Below are positions 12,132-23,726 of a stretch of 64,000 nucleotides of DNA, piece by piece. Where the stretch lies: the NCBI RefSeq assembly GCF_037042905.1, contig NC_087252.1, positions 22,198,001 to 22,262,000 on the forward strand. The letters are read 5' to 3'. Numbering within the stretch: the stretch's first letter is position 1; each line of letters starts with the position of its first letter. The stretch is from Lytechinus pictus. Lineage: Eukaryota. The translations under genes and the position numbers were made by a program. The notes under the pieces are model-generated. The model searched no databases. It was not told the DNA's origin and saw nothing but the letters and a program-made list of their open reading frames with translations.

Positions 12132-12230
12132 GATGGAAGTCTAAATCTTGTGAAACTGGTTGAAAACTGTCTTATTGGAGAAATAAAGTCTTGATACCAG
12201 TATGAGGTTTGGGTCTGTTATTTGGTCACA

Positions 12231-12258
12231 TTTATACATCTCATCTCATGAATTTCCA
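12231..12258 (-). promoter_or_regulatory. Candidate core promoter of the saposin-like gene
   Basis: TATAAA at 12231-12236 (minus), 100 nt upstream of the ATG; kB-like GGAAATTCAT just upstream. Confidence 0.45.
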
Positions 12259-12747
12259 CCGGATAGGCACCTCCCGTTCTTTGTTGCTCTAAATATCGGA
12301 AGATTAGCGTTTACTTTTGTTCCTTGACAAGTCATAGCTGTTGAACTTCCTGGAGCAAAAAAAAAAGAAGTTGTTAAAACCCTAGAAAGCTTCAAAACAA
12401 CCATATACCTTTCGTTTCAAATTGGTACTCCGTCGGAAGCACTTGTGTTACTGATCATCCGCTCAGTTTTTTCCGGTACAAAGAAAGAATAGGAAATAAC
12501 AGAATTTGAAAACAAATCCCCAACAAATACCCAATTTGAGCAAGTTGAGAGGACGGATGACCCTTGTTTCCTATATGATCATATTAAGTCCACGCCAACC
12601 ATTGTTTAAACATGTTAAATAAAATCAGGTATTTATTGGGGATTTTTCATTTTCGAATATTCTATATCCTTATACCCTTTTTCGGGGAGCATTTTTTTCA
12701 ATGATAGATGAACACTTGTAAAGATATAACATAATTATACCTTAAGA

Positions 12748-13290
12748 GTGTGAGCGTGTGGCCCAGTGGAGGTCTCTGGATTTTAAAACAGAGGGCTGTG
12801 GGCTCGAATCCCAACCATGACGTAATTTCCTGTACCAAGAAATTGATCTTCATAATATGCTGCACTTAATCCAGGGGCCTGTTTCATAAAGCTGGTGGGT
12901 GTTTCATAAAGCTGTTCGTAAAGTTACGAACAACTTTACGCACGATTGGAACATGTTCTTAGTTCATAAACCAATTATATAGGGATATCACATAGCATAA
13001 GAAAGGATCACCAGTCGTGCGTAAAGTCATTCGTATCTTACGAACAGCTTTATGAAACACCCACCTGTTTCACAAGGTTAAGAGCGACTTTAAGAACGAC
13101 TGGTGATCCCTTCTTACGCGCGAAACCATCGCTAATGAATATACCATTTGCCATAAAAAGGATTACCAGTCGTTCTCAAAGTCGCTCCTAACTTTCGAAC
13201 AGCTTTATGAAACACCCAACAGGTAAGCTAAATGTGTTCTTGGAAAGAATTTATAAATTTAAACACTTGAGCGCGTAAAAGTAAGCAGGC
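12748..13290 (+). mobile_element. tRNA-derived SINE interrupted by nested MITEs
   Basis: TGGCCCAGTGG...GGCTCGAATCCC head homologous to 3888-4178; broken at CCAG| by the 12875-13220 insertion. Confidence 0.65.
12875..13220. mobile_element. MITE with a same-family MITE (12895-13064) inserted in its TIR
   Basis: GTTTCATAAAGCTG...CAGCTTTATGAAAC TIRs at both levels. 3-bp CWG TSDs suggest PIF/Harbinger type. Third copy at about 15307-15799. Confidence 0.75.
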
Positions 13291-13294
13291 TTAA

Positions 13295-13780
13295 AGGGGA
13301 AGTTCACCCTGATGAAAACTTTGTTGTAAAAATAGCAGAAGAAATATTGGTGAAGGTTTGAGGAAAATCCGTTAAAGAGTAAGAAAGTTATTAGAGTTCA
13401 AAGTTTTGGATTGTGACGTCATAAACGAGCAGCTGCCCCATGTGTTATGTAATATAAAATGCATGAATTTCAAATTTTGTATGGTTCCTGATGACTTATT
13501 TTTTTTTTCTATTCATGATCGGGTGTGAAATGATTTGTCTATTGATATACAAAAGGTACAGTGAACACCATTTTCAATTTTCTGAGAAAATGACATTTCA
13601 TTTATATTTCACCATTCGCTATGTAGGAATGCTGCTCGCATATGGCGTCACAAATCAAATAATTGAAATTCTAATTGCTTTTTAATTATTTGATGAATTT
13701 TTCTCAAACCTTCGGCAATATTTTTTTATTATTTTTCTGCTATTTTTACAATAAACTTTTTGTCAAGGTGAACTTCCCCT
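13295..13780. mobile_element. TTAA-flanked MITE (Kolobok-like)
   Basis: TTAA|AGGGGAAGTTCACC...GGTGAACTTCCCCT|TTAA with long imperfect inverted arms. Confidence 0.85.
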
Positions 13781-13889
13781 TTAAATGCTTAAGGTAGGGT
13801 AATCGTTCTGCATTTATTGTAGAGCGCTACGAGCCTTCTGATTAAGTGGTGTTAATTAAGCGCTGAAATAGTAATCAAGGATGATTCTG

Positions 13890-14120
13890 TCCCAGCCATG
13901 ACGTAGTTTCCTTCAGCAAGGAATTCATCCATATTGTGCTGCACTCGACCCAGGTGAGGAAAATGGGTACCGGCAGAAAGTAATTCCTCAAACAGCTGTG
14001 TGCACCTGAATAGGTAGCCTAGCTTAGCCGGGGTAATAATTAATAGCAGGGCCCGCTGGGAGAACAGTTTTCGGAACTGAAGTGGCTACTCTGGGTCAAT
14101 ATACCGTTATTGTTATTATT
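13890..14120 (+). mobile_element. 5'-truncated SINE, same family as 3888-4178
   Basis: Colinear similarity through GGGCCCGCTGG..GAACAGTTTTCG..CTGAAGTGGCTAC and a (TTA) tail. Confidence 0.8.
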
Positions 14121-14497
14121 TGAAACCGATTATATTTCTCTGAACATTCATTTAGATTGGACCTGTGAACATGAACCACCAGATACACCATTTAATTATT
14201 TGGCGTGGAATCAAGAGGACTATCACAGACATCCGTCTTCTTAATTCGGGAATCTCTCTGCGGGACATCTTCTCAATTCGTTTTCCTAGTTCCTCTTTTG
14301 ATCGTACCAGACTTTATCGTTTGATATGTTTACATGAATGTAAGAAATATCTTTTTTTCTTCAACAATGATTTCCCTTTTTTTTTCATGGGGGGGGGGGG
14401 GGGCTAGTGGAGAGTTGGCATAAACCTAAGCTAACCTTCTAGACCTGTAGATTTAATACATGATATTGCGAAATTAAATGATAGTTTGCGACATTAA

Positions 14498-14891
14498 AGA
14501 TAAATTCCAGTTTTGGTAATGATCTAAAAATGACTTTTTACAGAATGTAATATAATGACCACCTAAGTGTCTGTTTGTATGAATAAAAAATATGTGCCAA
14601 AGAATTCTGGAAGAAATTGTGTAATTGCTGAGAAATAAGCAAAATAAGCGCGGATTCGGTCACTTCCGTCGGGTCTTTATTTTAGCAATAATAATACACT
14701 GTCCCACGTGTGCCTATCTGTGTTGGTGATCTTCAGTGTGAACATTTTTCAGCGTAGATTTCAAGATTTCACAAAGTTCAGTTTATGTAACTGTACCAGA
14801 TCTAGATCCTCGATGATATACTGACAATTAAGCCTTATTTTACAGACTTTCTCATGAAATCAGTGTTTACTGCAAATACTGGAATTTCTCT
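14498..14891. mobile_element. TTAA-flanked MITE (Kolobok-like)
   Basis: TTAA|AGATAAATTCCAGT...ACTGGAATTTCTCT|TTAA. Confidence 0.75.
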
Positions 14892-15306
14892 TTAACCCTA
14901 AAGTCGTTTAAATAAATTGGTCCATCTTGGCGCTCATGCAGCAAGACAACACTTCCCATTTAAAAGTGTCAGTAAGAAAATCGGCATCAATGCCATCATT
15001 CTACAAAGTAATATCCATTTTCTTAGGCTCATTATTCAAACAACTATTATTCAAATTCATTTCAAAGTAATTGATCATTAGGTGATTAATGGTATGCTTA
15101 AAACCTTATAAACATGATAAAGCTCCCAAATTACTAATGTTTGATTTCGGCATTTTTGCTACGATTCTTATTGGCCTTTACGTTAAAAAAGGAAATGATG
15201 GTATCATATATCTTTCTCAAACACTTCATTGCGTTTGATCATTTCTTATACCAGTAAAATAGTAGAAAAGTTGCATTTATCATACGACTCGAGTGGAATA
15301 CCACCA

Positions 15307-15799
15307 GGTAGGTGTTTCATAAAGCTGTTCGTAAGTTAGGCGCCTCCCATTGGCAAATCGACAAAGATGTGTGATGTCACATGTGAACAACTTTCCCATT
15401 ACTTTTCTATATATATTTCACTTAAAATGCCTCTTTTATCACATCTATCAGTAGATCATGTATTCTTTCTATGGGAGGGCATATAATACAGATTTTCAAA
15501 GAATACATTATGGATAAAGAGTTTGTATCACCCTAGGAAAGAGCACAAATAAACAATTTTGTGGTATTTTATAGTCCATCAAAGGGAAAGTTGTTCACAT
15601 GTGACATCACAATGGGACAATCTCCATAGCATTAGTGATCGCAATATTCAAATGCTCATAACTTTCTCATTATTTGTCCGATTTTTCTCAAACTTGCTTT
15701 GATCTTGTTCTTTGTTTCCACAAAATCCAACTTGTTCGAAAGGTTTAATTCCCCTTTAAAATCAATGTTAACCTACAAACAGCTTTATGAAACGGCCCA
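15307..15799. mobile_element. MITE carrying an inserted Kolobok-like fragment
   Basis: GTTTCATAAAGCTGTT...AACAGCTTTATGAAAC ends; internal inverted repeat and CCCCTTTAA end at about 15758. Confidence 0.55.
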
Positions 15800-15978
15800 C
15801 GGATATTATAGGGTCAAAAGATCACCCATCCGTGCTTCGTGCAATCCCAGGTAATAAAAAGGGGTTCTCGCAATCATTACGCGAACGCTATTCTATAACA
15901 CAGATAATCTATTGTCAAAAGCCCTTCAATGAAAAAACAGCCTTTTGGGGGAGCGTTTCATGAAAGGAGTTATCAGAT

Positions 15979-17350
15979 TGTTACGATACTGCCACAAATA
16001 ACATTATATAATAATATGAAATTTGATTTCCCTTTCTTTTATTACTGGAAATACAAGTATATTAGCTATCAAACAAAATTAAAACAAAATATCTTACAAC
16101 AATCTCTTGAAGTATCCGATGTACAATCCAGGGTTATAGTTCACAATGATGGTGATGATGAAACTGATGTTGAAGCACGATGAATAACAAGAGTCACTGT
16201 AACGAATTGAAATGTCCGTGAAGACGATGTTGATGATGATTAACAGTCAATTTCTGCAATCCATGGGTTAAAAGGCGTTCATTAAACAGGTTGTTGATCT
16301 CGATGAGAACTGAGAATTCCTCTTTCAAAATAACTGCAAACAGTTCATTGATTGCGGGTAAATAATTCCCGCATACATTCGTAATTCCGAAGCTTCGTTA
16401 TTCCGGAGGTTCGGATATTCCGAAGGTTCGTTATTCCGAAGGTTCGTATTTCCGAAGGTTCGTAATTCCGAAGGTTCGTTAGTCCGAAAACGAAATGAGG
16501 TTCGTAATTCCGATGGTTCGTTAGTCCGAAAACTAATGATTAACGAGCCTTATTTCGTTTTCGGACTAACGAATCTTCGGAACAACGAACCTTATTTCGT
16601 TTTCGGATTAACGAGCCTTCGGAACAACGAACCTTATTTCGTTTTCGGATTATCGAACCTTCGGAATAACGAACCTTCGGAATAACGCCACAAATGTTCG
16701 GATTAACGAACCCTTTTACGTTTTCGGATTAACGAACATCGAGGTATAGGCAATTTGCGTGTTTCGGAATCACGAACCTTCGGAATAAAGAACCTTCGGA
16801 ATTACGAACCTTCGGAATTACGAAGTGTAACCATAATTCCACAGAAGGTAAATATTCCAGGTGGAAAATAAACTCTGCTCTGACATAAAGTCTGGCGTGA
16901 AACTCTGAGTTCTGATCTGATGTGATGAAGTGATCTGATGTGATCAAGTGATCTAATATGATGTGATGATGATCTTGAAGAAACTGCAGCTCTTATATGC
17001 ACATTTCAACTATTCTAGATCATTCTAGTATTCACTATTCTAAAGGCTTCTATTATTGTCTGATACAGAACATTCTCCTACTTTCTGGAGCAATCACACT
17101 CTAGAAGACTCTTGAATGACCTCAGTGAAATGTCAATAACATAGTTAATCCTACTGTTCTTTTCACTGCAGGCTGGCTATTGTGTAACAATCTATTGTCT
17201 ACTTTTCCCTATTCAAAAATAAAACTCCTTGGCCTTTAAATAGGCGAGGCCTGCATAACAAAAGATTTACAAAGACATTCTGGAATGTTCTCTAGAAGAT
17301 CAATAAATAAATGAATGTAATTGCTCTTACAATTCTTCTTATATATAACA
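15979..17350 (-). mobile_element. Solo LTR (~0.9 kb plus inserted MITE)
   Basis: TGTTAC...ATAACA termini with 4-bp TSD AGAT (15975-15978 / 17351-17354). Minus-strand CATATAAGAGCTG TATA-like box near 16995 and AATAAA near 16040. Confidence 0.75.
16370..16832. mobile_element. Fold-back MITE, second copy
   Basis: Near-identical to 9036-9534; TSD ATAATTCC. Confidence 0.85.
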
Positions 17351-18523
17351 AGATGTTCTATGCATGCGGCAAGTCCTATTTTATCCGACAGCTACCATGG
17401 TAACAATTCTTCTTACCCAATCAACTTCTTCATCTTCTACACGGAGTGTAATACATAATACCACCCGCAGATTTGTGTATAGTAGAGCTGAACTGTTGGG
17501 TCTACGCTGCATGCATTGAATTGACCCATGTACTTGGAAAGCAATCGCAACACTTAGGATCTCGAGTACACGCCCTAGGCACAGGGGCTGCAAAGGAGAC
17601 AGACGCATACGAAGGCATGCTGAAACGTTCAAAAAGGCTTCCAATTCCTCTCAAGATCATTCTGTTCCATCTCTGGACTCTGGACATTATCATATGGTGC
17701 TTTGGAATGCGAGATCTCTTAAGAAGAAAATGCACATAGTGACTGACTTAGTAATGTCACAACATGTGGATATCCTGGCACTTACTGAAACATGGTTGAC
17801 AGGTGATGAACGTGACGGCCGGGTCTTATCTGATTTCTCCAACGACCTCCCATCTCACCAGTTCATTAGCTCACCAAGAATAAAGAGATCGGGTAGTGGT
17901 GTCGGTGTATGCCTTCATCGAAATTTCAACATTCTTGGAAAAGACTTTGGCACTCTTGAATCGTTTGAATATCTCAATGTTCTCATTTCAGCTGAACATC
18001 AAAAGCCTCTTCGCCTGGTGGTGATCTACAGACCACAGAGAACTATAGATCGACGATCAACATCTTCCATTTTTCTTGATGAATTTTCTACTTTTCTTGA
18101 AGGACTGACTTCTGAACCCAATCATCTTGTGATCTGCTGCGACTTTAATTTTCATGTCAACAATGATAGAGATCGAGAGGCAGTTTTGTTTCTGGACCTG
18201 ATTTCATCTGCCAACTTGATCCAGCACATTGACTTTCCTACCCATCGGAAGGGTCATACTTTGGACTTGATTCTTACAAGAGCATCTGATGATGTAATTT
18301 CCAATGTCTCATTATCAAACTTTCTTCCTTCTGACCACTCATCTGTCAGCTGCCAACTTAACATCAAGAAGCCGGATTCAATCAAAATTGAGATCAGTTT
18401 TCGCAAACTGAAAAACATTGATATCCAAGCTTTCCGTGAGGACATTCTAGAATCTGAACTTTACAGATCACCTGCTTATGACCTTGAACAGCAGGTTGTT
18501 CAGTATAACATGGTACTACAAGG

Positions 18524-19556
18524 CAGGGGCGTAGACAACGGGGGGGGGGGGGGGGGTGAGGGGGATGCATCCCCCCCACCTCACAAGGTGGGGGGGGGAT
18601 GGCATGTACAATCATCCCCCCAGGTTTTGGGGAATGATATTTGGTTACTTAATAAGTCATAATGATGATAATAATAGTAATAATAATAATGATAACGATT
18701 ATAATATTAATAATAATAATAATTATGATGATGATAATAATAATCCTCATTATTGTAATTGTGTTTATTGTTATTAGCCGTTATGGTTCCGATTTCTTCA
18801 CAAACTTACAAAGCAGTATTGTTACTCCATGGATCATAGTGATACTGTTTTTATGTTTTTTGTATCTGTATGTTAATGAGCCGGCAGCCAATATCCATCT
18901 ATGGATACTATGCCTGTTTCTTTGAGGTAAAAATAAAGCATAGTATGTACGTATTCATTATGCTTTATAATGAACAGACATATTGTTATTTGTTTGTTGT
19001 TTATGTGTTCTATTCACAAATGGCCACAGAGGCTGTTTTCATTCATAACCACATACCCATATCAAGACAACAAAGACTATACCTGCGTGTACACAGTTGA
19101 CATTGGTTTTTTTTCTGAAGAGGTGTAACAGCAAAATTCACAGAGATAAATAAATACGTAGTGTGGTTCAATATGCAATACTATGTGTCAGTCCATTCTG
19201 TATTCATATGCCACGGTGTGTAGATCTTGTCGATGTATGTCTGTCCATTCAAGGCGTAGTATGTGTGTGGTGCGCGCACCCGTGTGTGTGTGTGTGTGAG
19301 GGTGTGTGTGTGTGTGATTATGTGTGTGTGTGCGTGCGCGCTTGTGTGTGTTATTTTACCTCATTAAGTATGCATCAGATTGCACGATTTCAAGTTCAAA
19401 ATTGCAAAAGCTCCCTACCGTGGGAGGGGGGACACCCCCCTCCCACACCCTCCCCCCGCTCGGTCGCTTCGCTCCCTCGCTCGGGCGCTTCGCGCCCTCA
19501 CTAGCGTTGGCAGCCCAGTCATCCCCCCCAGGTGTACGAACCTGTCTACGCCACTG
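18524..19556. mobile_element. hAT-type non-autonomous element
   Basis: CAGGGGCGTAGACA...TGTCTACGCCACTG with exact 8-bp TSD CTACAAGG; carries (AAT)n and (GT)n tracts. Confidence 0.9.
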
Positions 19557-20757
19557 CTACAAGGTCTACTTGATAAGCATGCACCTCTGATTACTAGATG
19601 TGTAACTGCTAGGCCTCACTCACGTTAGTTCACTGACGGTCTTCGAAAAAGTAAGCAGAGGGTTCGACGACTAGAGAGAAGATATTGTCACTCCAAAGCA
19701 GAAATCGACCGCCAGATCCTGAAGGATGAATGTCGTCTCTATAGCAACCAACTTGCCGAGGCTAAAACAGATTATTACTCTGAACAACTTGACGAATGTG
19801 ATGCTCATCAGCTTTTTCAAAGAGTTAATCGTTTGTCTTCTACCTCAGCAAGGAACGTTCTACCATCAGATGATGACCCACATCGATCTCTTGCTGATCG
19901 TTTTTCAAATTTCTTCAGCGCGAAGATTGATGTCCTTGTCAGGTCCCTTGAGAGTCTACCATCAAGCAATCTCGACCACGTCAATTTTCAAAGCACCCAT
20001 CATCGGTTTAATGCTTTTTCTCCTGAAACACAGGGCCAAGTTTACAGAGTTATCAAAGAATTTTCTCGTTCAACTTCCACCCGACTTGACCCAATACCTA
20101 CTTGGCTACTGAAGAACTGCATTAATGACTTAATTCCTGTTATAACAGCTATTGTGAATGCTTCCCTCATCAATGGTCATTTTCCTGATTCACTCAAGCA
20201 TGCTCATGTAACTCCACTCTTGAAGTCCACAAAACCGAGTTCTGATGATCTAAAGAGCTACAGACCTGTCTCCAATCTTCAGTTCCTGGGAAAGACTGTA
20301 GAGAGACTTGTGTTAAAACAACTCCAGGAGTATTTGTCTGAGTATAATCTATATTCTGAGAAGCAGTCAGGATACCGACCGCATCATAGTTGTGAAACTG
20401 CCTTGCTTAGAGTTTCGAACGATATCCTTCTTTCCCTCGATAAAGGCGATGAAGCGATTCTGTTGCTGTTGGACTATTCTGCAGCCTTTGACACGGTGAG
20501 TCATGATGCCCTTCTACGTCGTTTACATGAAAGATTTGGACTTGATAACTCAGCCCTGGAATGGTTTCGTTCTTACCTCGCTAATAGAACCCAGTCTGTT
20601 TTTGTTAATGGCTCTGAATCGATTGTCAGCTCTTCTAACTTCGGAGTACCTCAAGGGTCAGTCATCGGTCCGATAGCATTTACACTCTTCTCATCTCCAT
20701 TAGAGGATGTCATCAAACACCATGGAATATCATGTATGACTTATGCAGACGACACTC

Positions 20758-21780
20758 GTTGTGGCGCTACAAAGACTCAGTGCATTTTTACAGACATTAA
20801 GAATTGGTCCATACATGTTAAATGAATGTAAAACAAAATGTTTACACTTTGTGAGCAGGCATATGACTTGTAGTCCGATTGGCGATATTTCTTTTGATGG
20901 TACTGATACATTATGAAAGATTTCTGCCTAAATGAGAAAGAAAATCGTGTACATCTCTTGAACGCACACACGGGTCACGGAGTGACCCTGAGTGCAAACA
21001 GCTGACTGTGTTACAACTTGGGGAGTGATACATTTTTACAATAGGGGTGATCAAACTCACTGGAGGGACTTTAATTCACTTATAACAAAGAAATGTTAAC
21101 TACAGTACTCATGTTGAATGCTCTGATGAAAATTATATAAGTTTCACATTCATTTGAACGAGAGGACAAGATAATTGTATATATCCAGTGCATTATGCGT
21201 GAATCATACTACCATTGCGATCCCTGCCCGGCCTATGGTTCAGACATGACGGTTCTGAGTGACGTCACCGATAGAGACCTCAAATGCCAGAAGAGCCGAT
21301 TCGACAACTAACTTCATCTAAAAAACACGTATTGAAGATAACATCCAATGGGGAAATGGCTTTCATTTTCTTGAAATATACATTCCATTCTTCAATAAAT
21401 CTTTCACCCCGTCGTTAACTGCCCATTCATTCTCGAGCAATGGGAAAATGAATACAGAGTGTCTCAAAGTTTGTGTGAAAAAAGGTGCATTTTCCATAGA
21501 ACTTCTGCCAAAAAGCAATGCGTAAGGGAAAGATTAGCCCCTAAACACGAATAGATGAGTTAATCAAATGGGATGAATCATGAAAATCAGTGAAATATAG
21601 TTTCTCCTGTCCTCATTACTGAACGCCCCGACTTGATACGATTAATTTTTCCCCCTCTCCATCAACTTTTAAGAAAAAGGGTGCATATTTTCATAAAAAT
21701 ACCATGTGTTATATCGACGGACGCCCGTGCGTACGAGCAGGAGGAAGCCAAATGTCTCGTATTTTTCATAATGAGAATGC
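20758..21780. other. Unclassified ~1-kb segment replacing part of the RT right after YADDT
   Basis: RT similarity stops at GACACTC and resumes at SAAARNLG; no TSD or paired TIR found. Confidence 0.55.
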
Positions 21781-22448
21781 TCTGCGGCTGCTAGAAACCT
21801 AGGGGTCATGTTTGATAATAATATGTCTCTAAAGACCCATGTGAACAACGTATGCAGGTCTGCTTCGTTTGCATTGCATAAAATCGGTAGCATCCGTCAA
21901 TTTCTTACAAAAAAGACCACCCAGAGGCTTGTTCAGGCACTGGTCATGTCTCGCATTGACTTTTGCAACAGTCTTCTGTATGGTCTACCTGATACACAGA
22001 TTAACAAACTGCAGAGAATACAAAATTCAGCAGCTAGGCTTACTGCTAAACGACGTGAGTCTGTCACTCCACTGCTAAGGGAGCTTCATATGCCAAGGGT
22101 TCGTGAACGAATTGATTTTAAGATCCTCTTGCTTACTTTCCAATGTTTGATAAAATCAGCTCCAGTCTATCTTCAACCATTAATATCAGAATACTCACCT
22201 TCCCGCAACTTGCGCTCATGCATCACTCTTAGAAGTTCCTGCCATCAACACCCAGTCTTATGGTTCCCGATCTTTTTATTCAGCATCCTCTCAACTTTGG
22301 AACAACCTAGCTAAGAGCATAAAACAGGCAGACTCAACTGACAAAAAAAATGCGCATGCGTGAGACTAGGTAGATCTAAGTCGCCGGATTCCACAGCAAA
22401 ATTGATATTTTTACATTAAAAACCTACTGAACAGGAATTTTCTACAAA

Positions 22449-23453
22449 ATGGAGAGGTATTTGGTGAAGCAAGGTGCGGGTAAGAACACTGGGGACTCTC
22501 TCGCTAAACGTAGATCAACCAGAATTCAGGAAAAGAAACTGTCAACCCCTGAAAACGTGAGCTCATCACAGAACGTAATAGATGGGACTGAATCAACTGA
22601 ATCCACGGAGATGGAAGAAGGTTCACGTACAGGTGGATCTACACTGGAGGCACGGGGCCGCGCACTGGAGGATAACAGCGGGGAGCACGACCGCACCAGC
22701 GGCACAGACGGAGAAGGGAACCAGGGTAGCGTACATGAGAAGTTGGACCGAATAATGATTATGCTGGAAGGAGTTGTTGGTCGTCTGGATAAAATGGAAG
22801 CTAAATTCAGCAGACTGGAAGCAGAATGCAATGTGAGTAAGGGGAAAATAGATTCAGTAGAGCACAGTCTAGAGTTTGTTTTAAATGAAGTTGAGGATCT
22901 GAAAGAGAAGTGTACCAAGGAGCAAGACAACATTAGGGGTGCTCTAGAAAGGAGATGTGATGACTTAGAAAATCGTTCCAAAAGAAACAATTTGGTGTTC
23001 TGGGGCATCCCTGAAGGAAGTGAGGATCAGTTTGAGAATTGTGCTGAATTTGCTGTTGAGGAGATGCTAAAAAATATCATGAAGATAGCGAGAGCAGATG
23101 AGATCGAAATTGAGCGTGCGCATAGAACCCCATCAGGAAAGAAAGCTAGAGCACAATTTGAGCAGACAACACCCAGACCCATACACATTGCCTTCCTACG
23201 ATTTCAAGACAGAGAGCGGATTCTTCGATCAGCTGCAAAGGCGTTGAAAGGGAAGAAAATCAACGGCAAAGTTGTATATGTCACAGATGATGTCTCAAAA
23301 TCCATCCGTGCAGACCGCAAAAAGTTGATACCAACAAAGAATAGGTTGAGAGCAGAAGGTCTATTTGCAGTCATCCCATACAGCGTACCAGCATATGTTC
23401 TATACAAGTCAAACGAGGGAAACTTCAAGAAGATTTTTGTCAAAGATGTTTAA
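22449..23453 (+). CDS. L1-type ORF1p (coiled coil + RRM-like), 334 aa, intact
   Basis: DLENRSKRNNLVFWGIPE, IERAHR, PRPIHIAFLRFQDRERIL motifs. Confidence 0.9.
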   Translation: MERYLVKQGAGKNTGDSLAKRRSTRIQEKKLSTPENVSSSQNVIDGTESTESTEMEEGSRTGGSTLEARGRALEDNSGEHDRTSGTDGEGNQGSVHEKLDRIMIMLEGVVGRLDKMEAKFSRLEAECNVSKGKIDSVEHSLEFVLNEVEDLKEKCTKEQDNIRGALERRCDDLENRSKRNNLVFWGIPEGSEDQFENCAEFAVEEMLKNIMKIARADEIEIERAHRTPSGKKARAQFEQTTPRPIHIAFLRFQDRERILRSAAKALKGKKINGKVVYVTDDVSKSIRADRKKLIPTKNRLRAEGLFAVIPYSVPAYVLYKSNEGNFKKIFVKDV

Positions 23454-23726
23454 CATTCCATACTAGTACTACATCTTGTATCAGTAGGAACATTTCCAGA
23501 GCTAGTTAAATTTTTTGATGAATCAGCTGAGGAGTCTGAGCTGAAGATACCATGCAGACATTTATGCAAGACTTTTTGGATATGAACAATATGCCAAGGT
23601 CTATGAACACTTTTGGACTTAATCTTATTTATTCTTTATTTGTATTTTTTGAAGAATTTTTTGTTTTACATGTTTATAGCTTGGTGCTACACGTTAGGAA
23701 ATGTTATGAAGCAAAGCTGCCCTTAA

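Larger units (their letters stand above)
17426..22345 (+). pseudogene. Disrupted L2-type ORF2 (endonuclease + reverse transcriptase)
   Basis: WNARSL, LTETWL, IYRP, PTHRKGHTLDL, SDH; YRPVSNL, LLDYSAAFDTV, GVPQGS, YADD; RNLGVMFD, SRIDFCN. Insertions and stops present. Confidence 0.9.

Noticed and set aside
18662..18925. Hydrophobic ORFs rich in I/M/N or C/V (also 19163-19504, 52532-52720, 54340-54694)
   Set aside because: Translations of (AAT)n and (GT)n tracts inside non-autonomous elements.
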